Positions 40,448 through 50,869 of a stretch of 64,000 bases of DNA are shown here, one piece after another. Numbering within the stretch: the stretch's first letter is position 1; the number at the start of each line of letters is the position of its first letter. The stretch comes from an uncultured delta proteobacterium (GTDB lineage: Bacteria; Desulfobacterota; Binatia; UBA9968), in assembly GCA_963727625.1 (NCBI GenBank), contig CAVSHR010000012.1, positions 416,001-480,000 of the forward strand. Reading direction: 5' to 3'. Below the pieces are notes generated by a model. That model worked only from the letters and a program-made list of their open reading frames with translations, was not told the origin of the DNA and made no database searches. The position numbers were made by a program, and so were the translations under genes.

Positions 40448-41530
40448 TCATCTAAGCTTCAAGGTGCTCAAGCCAACCACCGCGCAAATAAACGAAATGA
40501 TCCAGAAGCGCACGATGATCTGGGGCTCCTTCCAGCCCTTGAGTTCATAATGATGATGAATCGGCGCCATGAGAAAAACTCGTTTGCGCCGGACTTTGTA
40601 CGACACGACCTGAAAAATCACCGACATCGCTTCCATGACGAATACGCCGCCGACGATGATTAAAAGAATTTCATTTTTCGTCATCACCGCAACCACTCCG
40701 AGCGCCGCGCCCAGAGACAGCGAGCCCACGTCACCCATGAACATCTGCGCCGGATAGGCGTTGTACCAGAGGAAACCCAAACCGGCGGCCACCACCGACG
40801 CGCAAAATACGCTGAGCTCGCCAACACCGGCCACGTAAGGAATTTGCAAATATTCGGCGAGCTTTAAATGACCGGTAACATAGGCGATCACGGCGTAAGT
40901 ACCGGCGGCAATCATCACCGGGCCGATCGCCAGACCGTCCAAGCCGTCGGTTAGATTCACCGCGTTGGACGTGCAGACGATCACCAACATCGCGAAGGGA
41001 ACGTAGAAAATCCCGAGGTCGAGACGAAATGTCTTGATGAACGGCACGGCAATTTCGGTACTGAAGCGCGGCTGGAAATAAAGCGCCACGGCAACCACCA
41101 ACGCGACCACCAATTGGCCGAGCAACTTGCCGCGAGGCGAAAGCCCCTTGCTGTTTTTGCGCGTCAACTTCAAGTAGTCGTCGGCAAATCCGACCACACC
41201 CGTGCCTACGGTAGCCACGAGCGCGAGCAAGACGTAACGATTGGCGATATCGGCCATCATCAGCGTCGACAACAATAGTGCCAGAATAATCAGTGCGCCG
41301 CCCATGGTCGGCGTGCCGGCCTTGACCGCGTGCGATGCTGGACCGTCGTCGCGGATCTGCTGGCCGATCTGTTTTTGCGTCAAGGTGCGGATCAACCACG
41401 GCCCGAGCAAAAACGAGATGAGCAGGGCGAGCAACGCCGCCATCGCGGCGCGAAAAGTGATGTAGCGAAAGACGTTGAATCCGGAGTACGTCATCGACAG
41501 TGGAAACGAGAGGTAATAAAGCAAGTCCAA
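40448..41530 (-). CDS. mraY: Phospho-N-acetylmuramoyl-pentapeptide transferase
   Basis: [35 protein letters not shown]. Confidence 0.98.
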   Translation of the reverse strand: MDLLYYLSFPLSMTYSGFNVFRYITFRAAMAALLALLISFLLGPWLIRTLTQKQIGQQIRDDGPASHAVKAGTPTMGGALIILALLLSTLMMADIANRYVLLALVATVGTGVVGFADDYLKLTRKNSKGLSPRGKLLGQLVVALVVAVALYFQPRFSTEIAVPFIKTFRLDLGIFYVPFAMLVIVCTSNAVNLTDGLDGLAIGPVMIAAGTYAVIAYVTGHLKLAEYLQIPYVAGVGELSVFCASVVAAGLGFLWYNAYPAQMFMGDVGSLSLGAALGVVAVMTKNEILLIIVGGVFVMEAMSVIFQVVSYKVRRKRVFLMAPIHHHYELKGWKEPQIIVRFWIISFICAVVGLSTLKLR

Positions 41531-41534
41531 ACTC

Positions 41535-42938
41535 CTATGCCCTTCCGCGTTTCAGCGCCTCTAAAACTCGCTCCATTTTCATACCGCGGGAACCTTTGAA
41601 GAGCAGCCAATCACCCGGGCGCAAATGCTCGCGCAGTTTGCCGCCAAGGTCGCCGGGATCCTTGCCGATAATAATTTTCGCCGGCTCCATGCCACCAGCG
41701 CGCGCGCCCTTGCCGACCAACGCCGCTTGAGCGCCGAGAAGATATAGACCATCGAGCGCCGCGCTGGCCGCGGCTTTTCCCAACGCGCGATGCTCGCTGT
41801 CGCTGTGCCGGCCAAGCTCGAACATGTCGCCGAGCACGGCGATGCGTTTGCCGCGGCATTGAACTTCGACCAGGGTTTGCAACGCCGCTTTCATCGAAGC
41901 CGGATTGGCGTTGTAAGCGTCGTTGATGATGCCGATGCCGTTCCACTCTTCGATCTGCATGCGCATCGAAAACGGCTTTGCCTTGCCTAGACCGCGGCGA
42001 ACGGCGGACAGTGTTACGCCGGCGCCCAGCGCCAGCGCTGCCGCGCCTAGAGCGTTGGCAACGTTGTGCTGGCCGATGTAATTGAGCCGGACTTTGCAGC
42101 GTTCGGCACCGGCTTGCAGGATAAATTCCAGCCTGCCCTTGCCGCTCATGCGCCATGAGCGCGTTCGTAGCCGGCCGCGTTCGCCGTAGGTGATTTTTTT
42201 TCCTTTGAACTTGGCCGCAAGCTTTTTGACTCGCGGGTCGTCGACGTTGACGGCGATCATCCCGCCTGAGCGAATGTTTTGGTACAGCGCGCCCTTTTCC
42301 CGAGCGACGCCGGCCAAGCTATTCAGCCCCTCGAGATGGGCGGCGGCGACGGAGGTAATGATGCCGCAGTCCGGATCAGCGATCTCCGCCAAGCGGCGGA
42401 TTTCGCCGGGGCGGTTCGTGCCAAGTTCGACCACGGCGAATTTGTGCCGTTTGCGCAGGCGCAAGAGAGTCAAAGGCAGGCCGACGAGATTATTGAAATT
42501 CCCCTCGGTCTTTAGTACTCGGCCGCGCAAGCGCGCGCCGCCGAGCACAGCCTCTTCGAGAATCGCCGCAACCATTTCTTTCGTCGTGGTCTTGCCGTTG
42601 GAGCCGGTGATCGCCAAGACTTTCGGCCCAAGCTGCTCGCGGCGAAAGTGGGCGAGATCGCCCAACGCCGTCAGCGTATCGCGCACTTTGACGACGGTCG
42701 CGCACCCGTAATTTAATCGAGAAGCCGCCCGATGAGCGATGATGCAGGCGGCGCCGCTCCGCAGTGCGTCGCCGATGAAGCGATGACCGTCGTGGCGCTC
42801 GCCCTTCAAGGCGACGAACACCGAGCCAGCTCTAACCTTAGTCGAGTCGGTCACAACTTCCCCGAACTGTTTGGGTCTGCTATCACGCCAGAGCTTGCCG
42901 CCCGTCGCTGCGAGAATTTCCGCTTTGCTCCATCCCAT
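41535..42938 (-). CDS. murF: UDP-N-acetylmuramoyl-tripeptide--D-Ala-D-Ala ligase
   Basis: [32 protein letters not shown]. Confidence 0.97.
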   Translation of the reverse strand: MGWSKAEILAATGGKLWRDSRPKQFGEVVTDSTKVRAGSVFVALKGERHDGHRFIGDALRSGAACIIAHRAASRLNYGCATVVKVRDTLTALGDLAHFRREQLGPKVLAITGSNGKTTTKEMVAAILEEAVLGGARLRGRVLKTEGNFNNLVGLPLTLLRLRKRHKFAVVELGTNRPGEIRRLAEIADPDCGIITSVAAAHLEGLNSLAGVAREKGALYQNIRSGGMIAVNVDDPRVKKLAAKFKGKKITYGERGRLRTRSWRMSGKGRLEFILQAGAERCKVRLNYIGQHNVANALGAAALALGAGVTLSAVRRGLGKAKPFSMRMQIEEWNGIGIINDAYNANPASMKAALQTLVEVQCRGKRIAVLGDMFELGRHSDSEHRALGKAAASAALDGLYLLGAQAALVGKGARAGGMEPAKIIIGKDPGDLGGKLREHLRPGDWLLFKGSRGMKMERVLEALKRGRA

Positions 42939-42949
42939 CCCTCGCCCGC

Positions 42950-44494
42950 TTACGCGCCCGCGGCACGTGCCGCCGCCTCGCGCGCGACTTCACGGTCGTC
43001 AAAATGTATCTTTTTGGTGCCCAAAATTTGGTAATCTTCATGACCTTTGCCGGCGATCAACACCAAGTCTCCGGCCGCTGCCGCACCGATCGCAATCCCA
43101 ATCGCCTGGCGCCGATCGGCTTCGACAAAATAGCCGCGGCTAATTCCTCCCTGATCCAGCGAAGCTCCCGAAACGGCAGCACTGATTTTTTCTTGCCTCG
43201 CCCTTTTGACGCCGGCTTCCACTTCATCGATGATCGCCGCCGGGTCTTCGGTGCGCGGATTATCCGAAGTGAGCACCACGATGTCGCTCAGCCGCGCCGC
43301 GATCTCGCCCATCAGCGGGCGCTTGCCGCGGTCGCGATCGCCGCCGCAGCCGAAAACCGTAATCAGCTTTCCTCGAGTCAACGAACGGACAGCGCCAAGA
43401 ACTTTTTCCAGCGCATCAGGCGAATGAGCATAATCAACCAAGATTGCGATGCCGCGGTCGTTGGCAACTTTCTCCAGCCGACCGGGCACGGCTTTAAGTT
43501 GCCGGATCCCTCGAGTCATCGCTTCGGTGTCGATCCCTAAAGCACGCCCGACGCCGATCGCACCAAGAATATTTTGCAGATTCGCCGAGCCGATGAGCGC
43601 GGAATCAAACTCTACGGCTTGCTCTCTAGCTTGAATCGTGCCGCGCAACCCAGCGACATCTTTCTCGACGCGGATCGGATGGACGTCCCATTGTTGCCCC
43701 TCGCCGTAACTCCACACCTCCAGATCGACGGCGCGAACCTTTTCAATCAACTCATTACCGCGCCGATCTTCGCCAAAGATCACCGCGCTTTTGTGCGGCT
43801 TTGGACTAGCCTTCAAGTAGTCGGTAAAGAGTTTTGACTTGGCCAAAAAATATTCGTCCATGTCGCGGTGATAGTCGAGATGATCGCGCGACAAATTGGT
43901 AAAAACGCCGACGTCGAATTCCAGCCCGCGCACTCGATCCTGGACCAGCGCGTGGGATGAAACTTCCATGGCAACAGACTTGACGCCTGCGCCTATCATT
44001 TGAGCCAGCATCTCCTGCAAATCGAGGGACTCCGGCGTGGTTTGATGCGAAGGGACTTCATGCCCCGGGTAGCGATAGCTGATCGTGCCGATCACGCCGG
44101 GGGCCAGCGCCGCCGCGTCGAGCACCGACTCGATCAAATAGCTGAGCGTGGTCTTGCCGTTGGTACCGGTGACGCCGACGAGCCGGAGATTTTGGCTCGG
44201 CCGCCCATAGAAATGCGCCGCCCATAGTCCCATCGTGCGCCTGACATCTTTTACCCGCACCGACGCCGCCGTTCGCGGCCAATCGCCCTGTTGCGAAAAC
44301 ACCACCGCCACGGCGCCGCGTCGCACGGCCTCGGCGATAAAGTCATGACCGTCGGCTTTTTCCCCCGCCACGGCAAAAAAGATGTGGCCCGTGCCGACCT
44401 TGCGCGAGTCATAAACAAGGCCGCTTACCGTCTGATCGAAATCGCCGTCGGCTTGCTCCACTTCGCCTATCTCTAGGAGTTCCTTGATTTGCAT
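42950..44494 (-). CDS. murE: UDP-N-acetylmuramoyl-dipeptide--meso-DAP ligase
   Basis: VTGTNGKTT, MEVSSH, DYAHSPD, DNPR (DAP-specific), AGKGHE. Confidence 0.98.
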   Translation of the reverse strand: MQIKELLEIGEVEQADGDFDQTVSGLVYDSRKVGTGHIFFAVAGEKADGHDFIAEAVRRGAVAVVFSQQGDWPRTAASVRVKDVRRTMGLWAAHFYGRPSQNLRLVGVTGTNGKTTLSYLIESVLDAAALAPGVIGTISYRYPGHEVPSHQTTPESLDLQEMLAQMIGAGVKSVAMEVSSHALVQDRVRGLEFDVGVFTNLSRDHLDYHRDMDEYFLAKSKLFTDYLKASPKPHKSAVIFGEDRRGNELIEKVRAVDLEVWSYGEGQQWDVHPIRVEKDVAGLRGTIQAREQAVEFDSALIGSANLQNILGAIGVGRALGIDTEAMTRGIRQLKAVPGRLEKVANDRGIAILVDYAHSPDALEKVLGAVRSLTRGKLITVFGCGGDRDRGKRPLMGEIAARLSDIVVLTSDNPRTEDPAAIIDEVEAGVKRARQEKISAAVSGASLDQGGISRGYFVEADRRQAIGIAIGAAAAGDLVLIAGKGHEDYQILGTKKIHFDDREVAREAAARAAGA

Positions 44495-44499
44495 CGCCG

Positions 44500-46455
44500 C
44501 TAGCCTTGCAAGTTCAGCACCAAGTATCCGTCATCGCTCCGGCGGTTTCCCGGCGCCGGAGATTGTTTCACGACATAGCCGCTGCCCTGTAATCGCACTT
44601 TCACTTTCAACAATTGGGCTTTTTCTAATGCTTCGCGCAAACTCAAGCCGACAAAGTCAGGCGCCGCGTCGGCCGCTCCCACGGGCGCCGTACGACCCGG
44701 CCATTTAACGAGTTGGCGCACCGGCTGCTCGGACAAGCTCGGCGCGGCGGGAATAGGCGCGGCCTTTTGCGGCGCTACGGCGAGGTGGCGCAAAGCGCCT
44801 TGAGCGATGTTGCGAAAAACCGGTGCAGCAACGACACCGCCATAAACATTCACTTCGGGCTCGTCGATCAGCACCAAGGCAACCAGCCGGGGATTGTTTG
44901 CCGGTACGAAGCCGACAAAGGAAGCAACCCGCTTCTTTGCCGCATAGCCGCCGTGGATCGGGTCCGCCTTTTGCGCCGTGCCGGTTTTTCCCGCTACGTC
45001 GAAGCCGTCGAGGTTCGCCATGACGCCGGTGCCGCCTTCGCTAGTGACATCTTGCAGCATAGATGCCAGCAAAGTCGCTGTTCGTTCCGAGATGACTCGA
45101 CGCACCACATGGGGCTGGTTTTGCCGGAGCACCTCTCCCTTCGGTCCGACGACGCGGCGCATGACGAATGGACGCATAAGAAAACCGCCGTTCGCGATAG
45201 CGGCATAGGCCATCGCCATTTGCAGCGGGGTCGTCGAAAGTCCCTGGCCGAAGGAGTGGGTGGCCAGATCAATACCCGACCATCGATCGGGCTTGCGCAA
45301 AAGGCCCGAAGCTTCTCCCGGCACGTCAATTCCTGTCGGTTCGCCGAAGCCGAATTTTTCGATATACTTAAAAAAACGTTCCTTCTTTAGCTTCTCGGCG
45401 ACCTTGGTAAAGCCGATATTACTCGACACCTGAAGGATTTTGGCGAATGACAACCAGCCATGTGGATGGGTATCGTGGATGATTCTACCGGCATAAGGAT
45501 ATTTGCCCATTTCGCAATAGAAGAGATCGTCCTTACCGACAACCCCCTCTTCGAGGGCGGCGGCGGCGGTGATCGTTTTGAAGATAGACCCGGGTTCGAA
45601 ACTATCCGTCACGGCACGATTGCGCCGCTGCTCGGCTGACTCTTTTGAATAATGGTTGGGATCGAACGAAGGGTAATTCGCCATTGCGAGCACTTCGCCG
45701 GTAAACGGCTCGACGACAATTGCGACCCCCGCTTTGGCGCGGTATTTGAGAATCGAAGCCGCCAATTCCTTTTCCGCTATATGCTGGATCGAGGTATCGA
45801 GGGTCAGGTGGATGTCACTACCGGGCGGGACATGCAGTCCCTCGATGCCCTGGACCAAGACCCGCCGTCCCAACGCATCACGCTCGATCACTGACGAACC
45901 GGTTTCGCCGCGAATATCATCGTTGTACTTAAGCTCCAAGCCTTCGAGTCCCTCGGAGTCGCGTCCGACGAAACCGATCAACTGGCCGGCCAGCTGACCC
46001 TGAGGATAGTAGCGGTCGGGCTCATAGAACATGCCGATCCCGTCCGCGTTGAGCGCTTGAATTTTTTCCGCTTCAGCCGAAGAGATTTGCCGCTTGACCC
46101 AAACGAAGGGTTTTGCCGCGGTGATCCTTGCTCTGACGTCGGCCGGTCGCAGCTTAAGAATCTGCGCCAGGCTTCGGCTCAGCTCGTCGGCACCCTCAAT
46201 CCGATGCGGTCGCGCGTAAACCGACTGCGACTCCATGCTCAAGGCCAACGGCTCGTTGGTGCGGTCGAATAAAGCGCCGCGTTTGGGCAGGACGATCCAT
46301 TCTTTGAGATGCTGCCGCTGACCCAACCGCATGAGCTTGTCGCCTTGCAACAACTGCAGTTGCATGGCGCGCCCGCCCACGATCAGGAACATAAGCAAGA
46401 ATACCAACTTGGCGACGGTGACGCGGCGCTGATTACACCGAAGCGGCCGTCTCAT
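44500..46455 (-). CDS. ftsI: Class B penicillin-binding protein FtsI with PASTA domain
   Basis: EPGSIFK (SxxK), SSN, KTG; C-terminal PDFVGLSLREA PASTA. Confidence 0.95.
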   Translation of the reverse strand: MRRPLRCNQRRVTVAKLVFLLMFLIVGGRAMQLQLLQGDKLMRLGQRQHLKEWIVLPKRGALFDRTNEPLALSMESQSVYARPHRIEGADELSRSLAQILKLRPADVRARITAAKPFVWVKRQISSAEAEKIQALNADGIGMFYEPDRYYPQGQLAGQLIGFVGRDSEGLEGLELKYNDDIRGETGSSVIERDALGRRVLVQGIEGLHVPPGSDIHLTLDTSIQHIAEKELAASILKYRAKAGVAIVVEPFTGEVLAMANYPSFDPNHYSKESAEQRRNRAVTDSFEPGSIFKTITAAAALEEGVVGKDDLFYCEMGKYPYAGRIIHDTHPHGWLSFAKILQVSSNIGFTKVAEKLKKERFFKYIEKFGFGEPTGIDVPGEASGLLRKPDRWSGIDLATHSFGQGLSTTPLQMAMAYAAIANGGFLMRPFVMRRVVGPKGEVLRQNQPHVVRRVISERTATLLASMLQDVTSEGGTGVMANLDGFDVAGKTGTAQKADPIHGGYAAKKRVASFVGFVPANNPRLVALVLIDEPEVNVYGGVVAAPVFRNIAQGALRHLAVAPQKAAPIPAAPSLSEQPVRQLVKWPGRTAPVGAADAAPDFVGLSLREALEKAQLLKVKVRLQGSGYVVKQSPAPGNRRSDDGYLVLNLQG

Positions 46456-46799
46456 GGTAGAACGATGACCTGGCCTTTCTCCGGTGGTCTGAGCCCTAAG
46501 CGTCGGCGCGCGAGCGCCTCCAGGCGATCTGGGGACGTCATGGTAGCCAATTCAATTTTCAATTCGCGATTTTCATGCTCCAAGCGGTTTTGCAGCTTGC
46601 TGCTGGTCGATAGCCCGTACCCCAGGTTCACCACCTGCAAACGCAGCCACACATGAACCAAAACCAGACCGATCAAAGCCGCTGTCAAAAAAGCGGTCCA
46701 AACAAAGGCCCGGCGCCGGCGCGTTCGAGCGCTTCGCGCCGGGATTTCCCGTTTTGCCACCGTGATTTTGCGCGATTGCGCGCTGACAGCTGAGGCCAT
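46452..46799 (-). CDS. ftsL: Cell division protein FtsL
   Basis: TM plus coiled coil, LEALARRRLGL; between rsmH and ftsI. Confidence 0.88.
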   Translation of the reverse strand: MASAVSAQSRKITVAKREIPARSARTRRRRAFVWTAFLTAALIGLVLVHVWLRLQVVNLGYGLSTSSKLQNRLEHENRELKIELATMTSPDRLEALARRRLGLRPPEKGQVIVLP

Positions 46800-46808
46800 T
46801 TAAAATCT

Positions 46809-47735
46809 CTAAACTCGCTCCACTGCGCGCAGCTTCGCCGAACGGGCTCGCGGATTTGCCGCGATCTCACCGGCCGATGGAACGATCGGTTTTTTTGTCA
46901 ACAGCCGCGCCTTTTGGCTCCAGCCGCATTGACAACACAGCACGCGCGGCGGGCAAAGGCAGGAACGGCTCCATTTGCGAAAAGCCGACTTCACGATGCG
47001 ATCCTCAAGAGAGTGAAACGAGATGACCGCCATGCGCCCGCGGGGCAGCAGAGCCTCATATCCGCTCTCGAAAAAACTATCGAGTTGCTGCAGCTCCTGA
47101 TTGACCGCGATGCGCAGCGCTTGAAAGACCTGCGTTGCCGGATGATAGTCGCGCCGCCCGCGACCCTTGACATGCTCGACGACGGCGGCGAGCTCCATCG
47201 TCGTTTCGATCGGCCTTTCTTTTCGCGCGGCGACGATCGCTTGGGCGATCCGGCGCGCCCTGGGCTCTTCGCCATAGTCACGAAAAATTCGTTCGAGCTC
47301 GGCGACGGATCGCGAGCGCAGGAGCCCTTCCGCGTCGAGCGTTTGGCGACGATCCATGCGCATGTCGAGTCGAGCTTGCGAGCGAAAACTGAAGCCTCGC
47401 TCTGGAGAATTGATCTGGTGTGAGGAAACGCCCAAGTCCAAGACAACTCCGTCGACCCCGTTCCAGCCGAACTCGGCCAGAATCTCCTTCGCATTTGCGA
47501 AGCTCGCTTGACGCGCGACAAAGCGTTGATCAAATCGCTGCAATCGCTGGCGCGCCGCGGCGATTGCTTCAACATCCCGATCCAATCCTAAAACCCGACC
47601 ATCCGGACTGCTCGCGACAAGAATTGCCTCGCTGTGGCCCCCCGCTCCCACCGTGCCGTCGAGAAAACGCTTGCCCGGCGCGGGACGAAGCATTTCGACC
47701 ACCTCAGAAACCAGCACGGAAGCATGCGCAAACAC
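46809..47735 (-). CDS. rsmH: 16S rRNA m4C1402 methyltransferase
   Basis: DGTVGAGGHS, DLGVSS, LDMRMD, ISFHSLEDR, NPRARSAKLR. Confidence 0.98.
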   Translation of the reverse strand: MFAHASVLVSEVVEMLRPAPGKRFLDGTVGAGGHSEAILVASSPDGRVLGLDRDVEAIAAARQRLQRFDQRFVARQASFANAKEILAEFGWNGVDGVVLDLGVSSHQINSPERGFSFRSQARLDMRMDRRQTLDAEGLLRSRSVAELERIFRDYGEEPRARRIAQAIVAARKERPIETTMELAAVVEHVKGRGRRDYHPATQVFQALRIAVNQELQQLDSFFESGYEALLPRGRMAVISFHSLEDRIVKSAFRKWSRSCLCPPRVLCCQCGWSQKARLLTKKPIVPSAGEIAANPRARSAKLRAVERV

Positions 47736-47738
47736 CGC

Positions 47739-48101
47739 TCAGTGACTTGTGCCGTCACCCTCCCAATCGTCATCAAAGCTTTCGATAGCGTCTTCGAGGG
47801 ACGTGTAGTCTTCGAAGAAACGATCCATGCCGACCACTTTGAATATATCGCGCAGGAACGGACTCATTCCCGCGAGCTTTAAATCTCCGTTCAGGTTGCG
47901 CAAAAGCTTCAGCCGCTCCAGCAGCACGCCGATGCTAAGATAATTGATATGATCCACAGATTTTAGATTGAGAACGACCTTCGTTTGCTCTCGCTCGATC
48001 AGCGAACCGATTACATCTTTGATGCGAATCATCTCACGAAAATCGATATCGCCGGCGATATCAATCACCGAAATATCTTGAATGGGTTTTCGTGCCAGCA
48101 T
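47739..48101 (-). CDS. STAS-domain (anti-sigma-antagonist-like) protein within the dcw operon
   Basis: VIDIAGDID, VVLNLKSVDHINYLSIG, GDLKLAG, IFKVVG; AGGAG RBS. Confidence 0.88.
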   Translation of the reverse strand: MLARKPIQDISVIDIAGDIDFREMIRIKDVIGSLIEREQTKVVLNLKSVDHINYLSIGVLLERLKLLRNLNGDLKLAGMSPFLRDIFKVVGMDRFFEDYTSLEDAIESFDDDWEGDGTSH

Positions 48102-48146
48102 TCGTTTTGCTCCTTTCCCCGACTCAGCCGCCGCGCCGTTGAGCTC

Positions 48147-48608
48147 CTAGAGCCCCAAGTCCCCGAGAAAATCTGGATCCTGCATAATTTTGTCTTCGGC
48201 CTCGCCGAAGATTTTCTTCCAGGCCTCGCGGTCCAACACGCGAAATTTTTCCAGCGCCGAAACCAGCACCACGTCGCGCTTGAGATCGGCGTACTTTCTG
48301 AGCCCCGGTGGAATGAGAATGCGCCCGTGCGTGTCCAAGCTGCATTCACAAGCGGACCCGAGATAGTAATTTTGGAACTTCACCATGCGCGGATCGAACT
48401 TGGGTTTCTTGCGAATTTCTTCTTCGAACGTCAGCCACGCGTCGATGGGATAAACATCGAGACAACGCTGGCCGTCGATGACGAAATTGGTCATGATGAT
48501 TCGCGCATCACCTGCACCGAGCAGGACGTCGCGAAACTTCGCCGGAATGCTCAGCCGCCCCTTTGCATCAAGAGTATGCTCAAAGCTGCCACGAAACATA
48601 GTTTCCAA
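48147..48608 (-). CDS. mraZ: Transcriptional regulator MraZ
   Basis: MFRGSFEHTLDAKGRLSIP and LDTHGRILIP repeats. Confidence 0.97.
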   Translation of the reverse strand: METMFRGSFEHTLDAKGRLSIPAKFRDVLLGAGDARIIMTNFVIDGQRCLDVYPIDAWLTFEEEIRKKPKFDPRMVKFQNYYLGSACECSLDTHGRILIPPGLRKYADLKRDVVLVSALEKFRVLDREAWKKIFGEAEDKIMQDPDFLGDLGL

Positions 48609-48629
48609 CCGCTACCGATGTCCTGCTGT

Positions 48630-48692
48630 ACCAAATCATCCCACCTATTCCCACTATCGCACACTTATAACTTGCTCTCTCTAGCCTGTCAA
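48630..48692 (-). promoter_or_regulatory. dcw promoter with MraZ-binding direct repeats
   Basis: TTGACA-N17-TATAAG followed by GTGTG-N5-GTGGG-N5-GTGGG-N5-TTGG at 10-bp period. Confidence 0.75.
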
Positions 48693-48949
48693 TAAAAAAG
48701 ATTGGAAATTACAAGGTTTTTTTGGAATTTTGAGGCGGTCGAATCAACATATCGAAGCTTTGCTTCTTACCCTCTACTAGGGGTAGAACATCGACGTATG
48801 CACACTGCAAAATTGACCTGCGAAAAGACGTGCTGACATGCAAACCGAACTCGAATCAAAAATCGTTGGAAAGGATTCGTATCGCTATGCGTCGTTGCAC
48901 GTGATGGGGAAGTCGACCGCGATGAATTGCAGATAATGCAGGGCCGAGT

Positions 48950-49323
48950 GGGCTAAAGTGGATCGGTAAGCCGGTTTCTGTGATGACTCGTAATATGAGC
49001 CACAGCGATCATTCATCTTGCCCCGAGATTGCTCACGGGGTCGAGCGACCGTACCCGAGGGCTATGGGCGGACCACCCAACCCTCCTATTTGGCCTTGCT
49101 CCGGGTGGGGTTTGCCATGCGCTCGCCATTACTGGCGAACCGGTGAGCTCTTACCTCGCCTTTTCAACCTTACCTGCCGGGAAACGGCAGGCGGTATGTT
49201 TTCTGTGGTACTTTCCCCCGATCACGCGGGGCCGTTGTTAACGGCCACCCTGTCCTTCGGAGTCCGGACTTTCCTCCCTCCATGATTGATCACGGAGAGC
49301 GACCGCTTGATCCACTTTAGCCC
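48950..49323 (-). ncRNA. rnpB: RNase P RNA (type A)
   Basis: Minus-strand GAGGAAAGTCCGGACT ... CAGAAACCGGCTTAC; 15-bp P1 pairing GGGCTAAAGTGGATC / GATCCACTTTAGCCC. Confidence 0.96.
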
Positions 49324-49750
49324 GCAGTTGTGCGTTTGCCAGCTTGATCGACGCCTCGATTGGCCAACCGATCGGCGACTTTGTTCATCTCGCGACGCAC
49401 GTGAACAATACGATATGAGCCGAACCGGCGCAACAATTCCATGGCGTGCTGAAACAGGATTTTGAGCTTTTCATCCTTGACCGATATTCGCCGTTCAACT
49501 GCCGCACCCTAAGCTGTGAATCGCTTTGCACGGTAAGTTTTTTTGGCCAAGCTGTTGTAGCGCTTTGAGCCCCAGCAAAAGCCCTTCGTATTCGGCCACG
49601 TTATTGGTCGTCCGACCTAGATAACGGCCCAGCTCTTTAACCCGCACACCATTTGTCGTCAAAAATCGCCGCACCGCATCCGGCCTCGCCCGGATTGCCG
49701 CGCGCGGCTCCGTCCACCATCAAAAGCCACTGCTTTTTTGATTCCGGCAT
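49317..49750 (-). pseudogene. rnhA: Ribonuclease HI with two frameshifts
   Basis: VDGAARGNPGEAG / +1 at ~49653 / TNNVAEYEG...SDSQL / -1 at ~49481 / HVRREMNKVADRLAN; stop codon lies inside the rnpB 5' helix. Confidence 0.8.
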
Positions 49751-49908
49751 GAAATTTCGCCGCCATTGTCAGTCACAAGGAAAAGGAGCTAGAAACAACG
49801 GGCAAGTGATCGCCGCCTTGTTGGTGCGGCTATGTAGGTCATGACCCCGGAAAGAGGCCCAATAAGCGAGAAAAGACGAAATACAATGGCCGGGTAAAAC
49901 CCGTCAGA

Positions 49909-50655
49909 CTAAGCCGACTTAAGCGCTTCCTCACCGATCGGCTTGACGTAAACAATTCTCTGGCAGCTTGGGCATAGATGGAGCTTTTCGTTTCGGATGA
50001 TTTCGTTCCAGAGTTGCGGCGGAACGTTCATAAAGCAGCCTTGGCAAATGCCGGCAGTCACTTCCACGACCGCAATCCCGCCGCGGCGCGAAAAAATCAA
50101 CTCGTAACGCGAAATCAAATCGCCGTTCACTTGAGCGGCGATGCGCTGGCGGCGCGCGAGCGCCTCGGAGACCGCCGCGTCTATGCCTTTAACTTGCTGC
50201 TCTAGCTCTTTTTGCTTTTTTTGCCACTCATCTTGCAACGCAGCCATTTCCGCTTCTTTGCTTTGAATTTGGCCTTTTAGATTGTCCGTCTCCTGCATGA
50301 TCCCAATGAGCGCTTCCTCAAGCTCGCCGTTTCCCTGCCGCAACAGTTCGATCTCCCGTTGCAAAGCTTGCAGCTCTTTGGCATTTTTGATGCGGTTCAT
50401 GCGCATCCGCTTATCCACCGCCTTCTTGCCCTCGTCTTGAAACAGACGCTCTTTTTCCAAGCGCAATTTTTCTTTTTCAGCAAAGGCGGTCCCCAAGGCG
50501 TCGATCTCGCCTTTCTTGGCCCGGATTTCCTTCTCTCTGGCTTCGAGCTCGCTCAACAGGTCCTGCTTTCGCCCGGTGTGCTCCTTTATCTCACGATCGA
50601 TGGTTTGTAATGACGCTAAAAATTCAATTTGTGCTTGCAACTTCACTTCCCCCAT
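49909..50655 (-). CDS. C4-type zinc-ribbon coiled-coil protein (DUF164-like)
   Basis: Long coiled coil then CQGC...CPSCQRI; start uncertain (50640-50655). Confidence 0.9.
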   Translation of the reverse strand: MGEVKLQAQIEFLASLQTIDREIKEHTGRKQDLLSELEAREKEIRAKKGEIDALGTAFAEKEKLRLEKERLFQDEGKKAVDKRMRMNRIKNAKELQALQREIELLRQGNGELEEALIGIMQETDNLKGQIQSKEAEMAALQDEWQKKQKELEQQVKGIDAAVSEALARRQRIAAQVNGDLISRYELIFSRRGGIAVVEVTAGICQGCFMNVPPQLWNEIIRNEKLHLCPSCQRIVYVKPIGEEALKSA

Positions 50656-50657
50656 AA

Positions 50658-50687
50658 AGAAAAAAAATGCACCCATTTGGGTGCATT
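50658..50687 (-). terminator. Terminator-like hairpin directly upstream of the zinc-ribbon gene
   Basis: AATGCACCCA-NN-TGGGTGCATT perfect stem followed by a T-run on the minus strand. Confidence 0.55.
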
Positions 50688-50869
50688 ATTCTAAACAAAA
50701 TGTTGTCGATGAAAAATAATTTTGTCCTTGGTCATTCACTCCAGTCTCAAACCCTTGTTTAATATTTATCTCGATTGATCCCCTTTGTCAAAGCCGTCTA
50801 AGCCGTCCTTCGAGTGCGCCGGATCACCACTCAAACACAGGCGCCGGGCCGGTTAGAAACGCGATCCAA

